Shown: piece by piece, positions 56,866 through 64,000 of the stretch
Numbering within the stretch: the stretch's first letter is position 1
Layout of the letters: every line of letters begins with the position of its first letter
IMG/VR virus record: IMGVR_UViG_3300021431_000096
Location: 29,360-93,359 of that record
Direction: 5' to 3' (one strand)
Origin: a virus
Lineage: Duplodnaviria > Caudoviricetes
Length of the DNA stretch: 64,000 nt
Translations under genes and position numbers: made by a program
The notes under the pieces: model-generated
The model's input: only the letters and a program-made list of their open reading frames with translations
Told to the model about the DNA's origin: nothing
Databases searched by the model: none

Positions 56866-57597
56866 TCAAATATTCTCGTCGAAGATGTCGGGCTTCTCTT
56901 CATCGTCGTCCACGGACTGCCATACGCCGTTGATTTCCTCCATCTCCTGCGTCAACTCCCGCTCTGTTAATCCGTACTTTTTCCGCAGCCTTTCTTTTTC
57001 AGCATCCGGCAGGCTTTGTCTGTCGCTCTTCACGACTGACACGTCACCTGTGATGTTGATGTTCGTGTTCGGCATCTGCTCCTGCGGGTCGTCGTCGTCC
57101 TTGAAGTCGTTGTGCAGCTTGAACATCTCCTGGTTGGCCTCCTTCACCGCCTGCCACGTGCCCGTCTGTCGGCCATATTCGCTCAGCCACTCCACGTTTG
57201 CCTCTACCATCGCCAGGTGGATATGCTTCTTCGATGTGTTCAGCCGCGCTAATAATTGATTTACGAGCCAGATATCATTTGAGATGTTTGTTTCGCTTCT
57301 GAGCGATATCGCCCCCGTCTCGGGATGCCGATGCACCCCCAGCGCCTGTGCCATCTCAATGCTCGCCTGATTGCCCATGTCGGCACAGTCCATCAGCTGC
57401 TTGTAGTCCCGCGCAGCGATATTCTTCACGATGGTGCGTATCGGCGTCGCCGGATTGTTCATAAACACGCGGTAGCACTCCAGGCACATCTGCGCCCTGA
57501 ACTTCTGTTCCAGCGTCATATTCATCCGCTCGATGGCCACGCCGCCGTGCGTCCACGCCACCACCTTCTCCAGATAACTCTGTGACAGTTGACTCAT
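56866..57597 (-). CDS. Putative terminase small subunit
   Basis: First gene of the operon containing terL, ~243 aa, helical; assigned by synteny only. Confidence 0.5.
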   Translation of the reverse strand: MSQLSQSYLEKVVAWTHGGVAIERMNMTLEQKFRAQMCLECYRVFMNNPATPIRTIVKNIAARDYKQLMDCADMGNQASIEMAQALGVHRHPETGAISLRSETNISNDIWLVNQLLARLNTSKKHIHLAMVEANVEWLSEYGRQTGTWQAVKEANQEMFKLHNDFKDDDDPQEQMPNTNINITGDVSVVKSDRQSLPDAEKERLRKKYGLTERELTQEMEEINGVWQSVDDDEEKPDIFDENI

Positions 57598-57625
57598 AAT
57601 CTCGTTTCGTTTTTGATTTCTATTG

Positions 57626-57708
57626 CAAATATAGGCATCAGCCGATGGCAAAATGGGACTACTTTGGCCAACAAGTCCCATTTCGGCGAAGGACCGATAG
57701 TAATTTTG
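57626..57708. promoter_or_regulatory. Divergent phage-type promoter pair
   Basis: CAAATATA 57626-57633 -N20- TGGGAC 57654-57659; GTCCCA 57675-57680 -N20- TAATTTTG 57701-57708. Confidence 0.75.
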
Positions 57709-57712
57709 CAGT

Positions 57713-57988
57713 ATGGAAGATACAAGACTAAAGATGATGATGCTCGACATTGACGGCATCCTGACGCGCCACGAGGCCACGGCGACCGACGTGCTGGCGG
57801 CGGCGCAACAGCTGGCCGTGAGTGCCGTGGGCGACATCACTAATAAGTCCCTTGCGGCCACGGGCGGCGATGCGGAAGCGTCGAAAGACCAGACCGATGC
57901 CCTGCACCGCGCTGCCGATGCCATCGCCGAGCAGATCCGCGCCGCGCTGCACAAGCGCATAGACGAAGGCGAGCGCCCCGACTGGTAA
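57713..57988 (+). CDS. Small helical hypothetical protein (nearly leaderless if 57713 is the start)
   Basis: Starts directly after the -7 box. Confidence 0.5.
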   Translation: MEDTRLKMMMLDIDGILTRHEATATDVLAAAQQLAVSAVGDITNKSLAATGGDAEASKDQTDALHRAADAIAEQIRAALHKRIDEGERPDW

Positions 57989-58189
57989 AAAAGGCCGCAA
58001 GGTAAATTTTCCCGACAATCGGCGAATGTGTCAAGATTTAATCATTAGCAAACAATTCGCAAACTGTTTGTACCCAATCCCGAGATTGTTTGTACCCGAT
58101 GCGAAAACCGTCTGCTGACGATGACTACAAAAAAGGCAACGCGACGCCTCAGAAGTTCGCAAGTATTAACAAAATGGTTTTTCAACATT

Positions 58190-58693
58190 ATGTCAGATCT
58201 CAGACTGAAAATTAAGAAGACCGTCCTCAAGCGCAAGCTGGAGGGTGCGACCGTGACAGGCTACTACGGGCGCGTGATCACCAACGGCAAGAAGTCGTTC
58301 GACGAAATCGCCCGCTCATCGGCCAAGAACACGACTCTCCACCCGAAGGAAGCCTCACTGGCTGCCGAACTGCTGCTGGAGGGAGTAGCCGAAGAGCTGA
58401 AGCAGGGTTTCATCGTTGACCTCGGCCCACTCGGCACTATCTATCCCGCAGTCAACTCGCCCTGGAAGCAGGACCCCGAGGAACTTTCTCTCTCAGAGAT
58501 GAAGCCCAAGGTGAACTACTCCAGCAGCCGTGGCATCAGCGCCGCCATCAAGGGAGCCGACCTCGCCTGGGCCACCGCCAAAGACGAGGCAGAAGGCACC
58601 GAGACGCCCGATGACGAGGACAACAACGACGTCACCCCCGGCGACGGAGGCAACGGTGGCAACACCGACGGTGACGAGAATCTGGAGGGTTAA
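58190..58693 (+). CDS. HU/IHF-related DNA-binding protein
   Basis: YYGRV...SFDEIA...EELKQGFIVDLGPLGTIYP; G/D tail ending LEG; TGTTTGTACCC twice at 22-bp spacing upstream (58065, 58087). Confidence 0.75.
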   Translation: MSDLRLKIKKTVLKRKLEGATVTGYYGRVITNGKKSFDEIARSSAKNTTLHPKEASLAAELLLEGVAEELKQGFIVDLGPLGTIYPAVNSPWKQDPEELSLSEMKPKVNYSSSRGISAAIKGADLAWATAKDEAEGTETPDDEDNNDVTPGDGGNGGNTDGDENLEG

Positions 58694-58727
58694 TATCATT
58701 CCCTCTCTGTGGATCGTCAATCTAACC

Positions 58728-58769
58728 AAAGCCCGCTGCAAGACTTCGAGAGCCTGCGGCGGGCTTTTT
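58728..58769 (+). terminator. Rho-independent terminator
   Basis: AAAGCCCGCTGCA...TGCGGCGGGCTTTTT. Confidence 0.75.
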
Positions 58770-59037
58770 CTGTGCGCCAGCCGACAAAAAATCATGGCTC
58801 ACCCGTAAGGGCAAAGGCTCCGTGAGCCATACCAAAACTCTGAAAATCGGCGGTCTCTGCGATTTTCAGTTAAGTCCTTCCATATAGGGAAGGATTTAGG
58901 TTAGGTGGATGCTTCTTTCGTTCTTTCTTCGCGCCGAAGAAAGGACAGGGAAACCGTAGGGCTCGCAGCCCTACAAAAAAGGGCAGCACCCTTTCGGCTG
59001 CCACCCGACCTGAAGCCTCATGCTATGATTGCATGCC

Positions 59038-59766
59038 TTATTTCCTTTTATACCAGCAGAAGAGCGAGCTGCCCGTGTTCATGTCGAAGAAGAACATGCC
59101 GCCTCTATTGGTGAAGGCGTAGTAGAACGACTCCCGCTTGCCGTTCAGGAACTTCTCAAACGTGATTGTTCCCCTCGATGCCGTGTAGTTCGTTTTCACC
59201 TCCAGACCGCTGCCCTCTTCTCCGCTCAGCGTGGCAGTGCCGTCGCTTGCCAAGTCGGCGTAGTATTTAGGTTTCACGCTGATGCCTAACCCTTCTGGGT
59301 AGTAGTCCGTCCGCCAGCTGCCGCAGACGCCGTTGTCGTGGGTTCCGGCATTAGTCGGATCGGTGAATCCGAATACCGTATTGTAAATCACGGGCTCTCC
59401 CGTGGACACATTCCACAGAATGCCTTTGTCGTCGATTCTGATTTTCTCAGGCACGTTTCTCCGCGCAGCCGACTGACCGATATTGTTGGCCAGTAAGACG
59501 GTGGTGAGTTCGTCGCCTACGGCATTCCATGTCCCGACAGCCACAAAGTCGTCGAAGCCGCCCATCATGCCGCCCGACAGTTTTGCCTCGTCCATTTCAA
59601 ACAGGAACGATCCGTTTCTGTAGAAATACACATCCCCTTCCTTGGTGGAATACATGCTGCCGGTGAAGTAGCCTTCTGCGCTACCTGCCGAACTGCTGTC
59701 ATCACTGCTGCAGGCCGTCAGGCCGCAGATTAACACACTCATTAGTGCAAATAACATTTTCTTCAT
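59038..59766 (-). CDS. Lipoprotein (candidate superinfection-exclusion protein)
   Basis: MKK-hydrophobic-LTAC lipobox followed by SSDD, a Bacteroidetes surface-export-like signal. Confidence 0.7.
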   Translation of the reverse strand: MKKMLFALMSVLICGLTACSSDDSSSAGSAEGYFTGSMYSTKEGDVYFYRNGSFLFEMDEAKLSGGMMGGFDDFVAVGTWNAVGDELTTVLLANNIGQSAARRNVPEKIRIDDKGILWNVSTGEPVIYNTVFGFTDPTNAGTHDNGVCGSWRTDYYPEGLGISVKPKYYADLASDGTATLSGEEGSGLEVKTNYTASRGTITFEKFLNGKRESFYYAFTNRGGMFFFDMNTGSSLFCWYKRK

Positions 59767-59817
59767 ATCGCCAAAAAATTTATAAGGTTAAACAAATGCC
59801 TACCTTTATATTATATA

Positions 59818-60120
59818 TCACTCAGCCGACTTGAACGTGATTTCGGCCACGAGCGGCTTGCCGCAGTGAGGACAGACGGCCACTTTGTCGCCCTGCTGCT
59901 CCTGACGGACTGCGCCATTAGCCTTTTCCTCTTCCGTTGGCGGGTCGAACAACTCCGTGACGTGACAACCTATCCCCTCCGCTATCTTATAAAGCACCTG
60001 CACCGACGGATTGCCGTTGACGTGATATGATAATGTAATGGGACTAATGTTCATATTCTCTGCCACCTTTTTTGATGTAAGGTGGTATTTCTTGATTGCT
60101 GCTTTAATGTTTAATGCCAT
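59818..60120 (-). CDS. XRE/Cro-CI HTH regulator with C-terminal CPHCG zinc knuckle
   Basis: KKVAENMNISPITLS...NPS...L.KIA..IG...ELF; divergent promoter arrangement. Confidence 0.85.
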   Translation of the reverse strand: MALNIKAAIKKYHLTSKKVAENMNISPITLSYHVNGNPSVQVLYKIAEGIGCHVTELFDPPTEEEKANGAVRQEQQGDKVAVCPHCGKPLVAEITFKSAE

Positions 60121-60252
60121 AATACTAATATTTTTGTGCAAAGTTAAGCCATTTTTTTGAGAAAACCATAACTTTTCGGCAAAAAATAGTTAAAAACAAG
60201 GAAAATATTTCATTTTTGGCTTAATTTTCTTGTGGAATTCGGAAATTTGGCT

Positions 60253-60477
60253 TATCTTTGCAGCGTCAAATTCAATCAGCGGCGGAAATGTCGCAGTCAA
60301 AAGCGGCATTTTTCTATGCCATCATCATCTTGGGAGAGTGCTTTGGCACTCATAGAAGTAACTGACCGCACAGCGTGGGCGCTCTTAACTGAGCATGCGA
60401 AAGCACCCGGGCATTCGCTGATTGAAGCCTGACAGCGCTTAGTGCGGTCTTTTTATGTTTTGTCAAATTCAATCAGT
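60253..60477 (+). ncRNA. CI/c4-like regulatory RNA leader 3
   Basis: TATCTTTG promoter; GTCAAATTCAATCAG at 60265 and 60462; complement CGCTGATTGAA..TGAC 60416-60433; stem GACCGCAC/GTGCGGTC. Confidence 0.65.
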
Positions 60478-60478
60478 T

Positions 60479-60628
60479 ATGAAGCAATTCAGAGTGACCT
60501 ACACCTTAAACGGTGTGAAATCGGTGCCGATCGACACGTCAAGTCCCGTCGCCGTAGTCGAGAACCTTTCACGCATCGCCATGCTCTCCGGGCTGGTGAT
60601 TGCAAGTCTGACCACTAAACTGTTATGA
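60479..60628 (+). CDS. 49-aa leader-proximal ORF (not in ORF track)
   Basis: MKQFRVTYTLNGVKSVPIDTSSPVAVVENLSRIAMLSGLVIASLTTKLL*; ATGA-coupled to the next ORF. Confidence 0.5.
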   Translation: MKQFRVTYTLNGVKSVPIDTSSPVAVVENLSRIAMLSGLVIASLTTKLL

Positions 60629-60807
60629 GCATGAGCAGACGAAGAACTATCCGTATCGTCGGTAGCAACAACATCGTTGGCAACACCGACACCAGCGTCT
60701 GCAGCAGCGGCATCGTCAGTGCGCTCACGGCGCAGCTGGCCGCAAAGGACAGCCAGATTGCCCGCCTCATGCAGACCATCAGCGAATTAATGAACATGAT
60801 AAAGTGA
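60625..60807 (+). CDS. 60-aa coiled-coil peptide
   Basis: LAAKDSQIARLM heptads; coupled to the HNH gene. Confidence 0.5.
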   Translation: MSMSRRRTIRIVGSNNIVGNTDTSVCSSGIVSALTAQLAAKDSQIARLMQTISELMNMIK

Positions 60808-61298
60808 TGAACTGGCCAGGACTTTTGCGCGAATACCTGTACGTCTGTACCCAATTCGTATGGAAGTGCCTCATGCGGGCACTCCATACGGAGCACAGAT
60901 GGCTGGTGTGGCAGCTGAAGCTGTGGCGGTTCCGCCTTTACTTCACCAACGTTGACATGAGACCGACGGGACCGAAGCACAAATACAGGTCGCCGTACCG
61001 CCAGCAGAAGAAGGCCATCAGGAGGCAGGCGGTGAAGAAGCGCCACAGGCTCTACCGCGAGGCGGGCGGCAAGTGCCAGCTGTGCCACTGCAAGGTGTCG
61101 GGTCGCAAGGTGCAGATCCACCACGTGCTGCCCATCGACCACTTCCCCGAGCTGGGTGCCGACATGCGCAACCTCATGGTGGTCTGTCCCGCCTGCCACC
61201 AGGAGATCCACCAGAACCCCTTCCTCAACGCCCGCCTTATCAAGCAGCGTGCAAGAAAGATGGGCGTGAAATATAAGAAAGTATATAGTAGAATGTAA
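60804..61298 (+). CDS. HNH endonuclease
   Basis: CQLC...IHHVLP...NLMVVCPACHQEIH. Confidence 0.85.
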   Translation: MMNWPGLLREYLYVCTQFVWKCLMRALHTEHRWLVWQLKLWRFRLYFTNVDMRPTGPKHKYRSPYRQQKKAIRRQAVKKRHRLYREAGGKCQLCHCKVSGRKVQIHHVLPIDHFPELGADMRNLMVVCPACHQEIHQNPFLNARLIKQRARKMGVKYKKVYSRM

Positions 61299-61311
61299 AA
61301 ATCAGAAGACT

Positions 61312-61617
61312 ATGAGCAACAAGAAGATCGTAATGGACGAACAGCAGTTCAGAAATAAGGTATGGCTTATGCAGGGCGACGCGATAGACTTTTCGCCTTC
61401 GCAGTATAAAGGCGAAGACCAGCCTATCATTGTGGCATGTGCTCGCGACTCGTTGACATTTGCCGTTGAACGGGCGTCAGACCTGTACGACGATGTTCAC
61501 CCTGCTGAGTGCCCGCTTTGCAGGGAGCGCAGACTGCACCAGCAGCGCATGGATGCCATTCGCCGCAGAGAAGCTCTCAGAGTAGCAGATGCAAAGGAAT
61601 TGTTGAATCTCATATAA
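61312..61617 (+). CDS. Hypothetical (CPLC)
   Basis: ORF in the operon with HNH and TnpB. Confidence 0.55.
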   Translation: MSNKKIVMDEQQFRNKVWLMQGDAIDFSPSQYKGEDQPIIVACARDSLTFAVERASDLYDDVHPAECPLCRERRLHQQRMDAIRRREALRVADAKELLNLI

Positions 61618-61627
61618 TGAAAGGATT

Positions 61628-63679
61628 ATGGAATCATACTTTGACATTCTTGAAAAGCGGCTGTCTCATGGGCTGTCAATCACCAACATTGGCACACAAC
61701 TACAAAAAGAGCGGCTTGGGTTTGCGCTGGAGGTGCATAGACTCATGCCCTTGTGTCCTCTCGTCAAGGAACAGCATGTATTTAGAATTATCTACCTAAA
61801 GAAAAAACAGAAGCAGCCCAATAAGGTCGAGACAAAGCAGTTTATGGACTTCTACCGCAATCTGGTGGTGGTCATGGCCGAAAACAAATGGCCTGCATCA
61901 ACCATGTTTAACTTCACGCATGAGTATAATCGTAACTATGTAATAGAATTAAACGAGCTATGTCAGCGGGCTTTTGATGGCGGTCAGCTTCGAGACGACG
62001 AGATGAATAAGGTTAGAATAGCCGCGCAGGAAGAGGTGAAGGAAACCATCAAGAACAGAAAGAAAGAAGTCAAAGAAAAATCCAAAATCATTAAGTGCGA
62101 GCAGAAAACTGTTGCCAAGCAAGAACGTAAGCAGCGATGCGCCGAGCAAGTGAAGAAACAAAAGAATGGCGGACACCAGCAGGCACAAATAGATCATGCC
62201 TGTCGTCAGGACATGGCAAGGCAACTGCAACAGAAGGTGCATAAGATATACATTGAGCGACACGGCAATGATGTTGAAAGGATTGATGCCGACGAGTACC
62301 GCGAAATATTGTCTATCATCAGCCGTCAGACAACCGATAACCGAAACGCTAATCTGAGGGAAAAGACAGCCGATCGCGAACAGCTGAAGAAAGAAAAGCT
62401 GACCAACCGCGTGTGTCACAAAGTGCGCTTGTCGCTCAACAACAAACAGCGAACTTATATTGATAAATGTATCGGTATTTCACGTTTCACCTACAACTGG
62501 GCTGTTCGTCAATGGCTTGAAGCAAGGGGAAAAGGAAAAGTCGTCTATACCTCGGACTTGTCGTCGCAGTTCTCGGAACTTTCCAAAACCGAATACACCT
62601 TTTCTCGCAAGGTTACTCACAATGCCCGCAACTCAGGATTCAAAGCCTTTAGCGCAGCCATAGATAAGTTTGTAGAGCGAGGCTGGTTTCCTACAATCCA
62701 TAAGCGAAAAGGCATCGGCTCATTCTCATACGTCGCAACTTCTGACAGGAAACAACCTTTTCTCTCAGACTTTAATCCCGACATCCCTGACAGTAAGCCG
62801 AGCAAGAAACGCCAATACCTGCTGATTCCTACTTTCGGATATGTCAAGATGATGCAGAAACTGCGCTTCAATGGATTGCTTTCATACGTCACCATTAAAC
62901 GCGAGGCCGACGGCCACTACTACGCCTGTCTCTACGTTTATGTCAGCCGCGAGGAATGGCAAAACAAGCATCGCGGCTGTAACGATGACCGGACTAAAAT
63001 AGTTCAGCCTCTCGGGATTGACCTCGGTCTGTCTGCCTATGCAACCCTTTCAAACGGAATGTTGATAGAAAGCCGCGATGAGGACGCAAAAGTCATGCAA
63101 CGACAAAAGAAGCTGCAAGCCCGCATTCGCCGATGCGCCAAAGTTCACCCTAAACACACGTCGAATCGGCAAAAGCGGCTGTCGGTGCAACTTGGACGGG
63201 CAAAAGCCAAAATCAGGCACCAGCGCGAGGACTATCTTCACAAACTATCTTCAGCGCTTGCATATACATATAATAATATCGCCATTGAGGATTTGAATAT
63301 TAATGCAATGCTGAAAGAAAATCCAGACATGGCCTTCAAAATACGCGATGCAGCCTTCTACCGATTCCGAAAAATGCTGGAGCAGAAGATGAACATCATT
63401 GGTGGAAATCTGAAAGTGGCTGAAAAGTTTCATCCATCCACACGCATTTGCAGCGTCTGCGGAAACGTGAAGGAGGAAGCATTGCCACTGACACAAAGAA
63501 CATATCACTGCAAGGCTTGCGGAGTCACCATCGACCGAGACTTGAACTCCGCAATCAACCTTGCACGACTACTTGGGCTGGGAGATCCCAACTATCCTCC
63601 TGCCGATAAAGGCCCGCTGACCACAGCCTTGCAAGCCAGTGACATCAGCGTGCATCAGGCAAAGGACGAAAACAGGTAG
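61628..63679 (+). CDS. tnpB: TnpB-family RNA-guided endonuclease with ~260-aa N-terminal extension
   Basis: KVRL...GISRFTYNWA (OrfB HTH), GIDLG (RuvC-I), IAIEDLNI (RuvC-II), CSVC/CKAC zinc finger, DRDLNSAINL (RuvC-III). Confidence 0.9.
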   Translation: MESYFDILEKRLSHGLSITNIGTQLQKERLGFALEVHRLMPLCPLVKEQHVFRIIYLKKKQKQPNKVETKQFMDFYRNLVVVMAENKWPASTMFNFTHEYNRNYVIELNELCQRAFDGGQLRDDEMNKVRIAAQEEVKETIKNRKKEVKEKSKIIKCEQKTVAKQERKQRCAEQVKKQKNGGHQQAQIDHACRQDMARQLQQKVHKIYIERHGNDVERIDADEYREILSIISRQTTDNRNANLREKTADREQLKKEKLTNRVCHKVRLSLNNKQRTYIDKCIGISRFTYNWAVRQWLEARGKGKVVYTSDLSSQFSELSKTEYTFSRKVTHNARNSGFKAFSAAIDKFVERGWFPTIHKRKGIGSFSYVATSDRKQPFLSDFNPDIPDSKPSKKRQYLLIPTFGYVKMMQKLRFNGLLSYVTIKREADGHYYACLYVYVSREEWQNKHRGCNDDRTKIVQPLGIDLGLSAYATLSNGMLIESRDEDAKVMQRQKKLQARIRRCAKVHPKHTSNRQKRLSVQLGRAKAKIRHQREDYLHKLSSALAYTYNNIAIEDLNINAMLKENPDMAFKIRDAAFYRFRKMLEQKMNIIGGNLKVAEKFHPSTRICSVCGNVKEEALPLTQRTYHCKACGVTIDRDLNSAINLARLLGLGDPNYPPADKGPLTTALQASDISVHQAKDENR

Positions 63680-63762
63680 GGCTGCAGACCTAATTCCTGT
63701 GCTCCAAGACCGCCACATGGCGACAGCGATGCCCGTCTGCCTTTACTGGCAGATGGGCTTTT
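63580..63762 (+). ncRNA. Putative TnpB omegaRNA/reRNA region ending at a terminator
   Basis: Overlaps the tnpB 3' end (CCTG...GAAAACAGG pairing typical of these RNAs); terminator GCCCGTCTGCC/GGCAGATGGGC-TTTT at 63731-63762; guide boundary not determined. Confidence 0.4.
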
Positions 63763-64000
63763 GAAAGAATGATTATCTGTATTTATAATAAATCAAAAAA
63801 CAAACACATAGCATATCCCTGGTTTTTTGGATATTTATACTTGACATATATCAATTAATAGGCAATTTCTCCAAAAATGCCTTGCCCGTCAGCGTATGCC
63901 AAATCGGCTCAACTTGCTGACTTTTAAGTGTTTACAAAAATCGACAAACTGCCCGAAACAACTCAATTCCGCTGTAAGTCAAGAAAAATAGATCGGAAGA

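Noticed and set aside
63697-63705. TnpB guide targeting 60890-60898 in the HNH gene
   Set aside because: Only a 9-nt match, expected by chance in 64 kb, and the guide boundary is unknown
1-64000. Prophage boundaries, integrase, portal and endolysin
   Set aside because: None is recognisable in the window, so integrated versus free state cannot be decided

Overview
The whole 64-kb window reads as part of one tailed dsDNA phage or prophage of a Bacteroidales (Prevotella-like) host. I see no host housekeeping genes, Bacteroidetes-type TAnnTTTG -7 promoter boxes occur throughout, and the genetic code is standard. In order, the window holds: fibre/decoration genes (1.3-7.9 kb); a complete diversity-generating retroelement (target gene, VR, hairpin, TR, RT; no avd); a structured-RNA-rich gap (11.1-11.9 kb); a Cys-rich orphan cassette (11.9-16.1 kb); holin-like genes; S49 protease/scaffold, major capsid protein (with a likely -1 frameshift extension) and a probable tail tube; a 17-kb leftward array of small early genes (ABC-type ATPase, DnaC-like ATPase, metallophosphoesterase, radical SAM); tail completion and tape-measure genes; terminase large and putative small subunits; a lipoprotein plus XRE switch; three free-standing endonucleases; and a solo TnpB with a long N-terminal extension. 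The strongest unexplained signals are: (1) 13 promoters of a phage-specific form, GTCCCA-N18-20-TAnnTTTG, mostly ahead of virion and packaging genes; (2) three P4-CI/P1-c4-like RNA leaders with different recognition sequences, each ahead of an endonuclease unit; (3) a catalytically intact TnpB whose N-terminus weakly resembles the phage's putative TerS; (4) an Avd-less DGR whose RT has an FADN motif and a fused C-terminal domain; (5) shared N-/C-terminal docking motifs across the fibre proteins, including a 45-aa motif-only ORF; (6) a tRNA minihelix ending in CCA. All product calls come from motif recognition and synteny; no searches were run.
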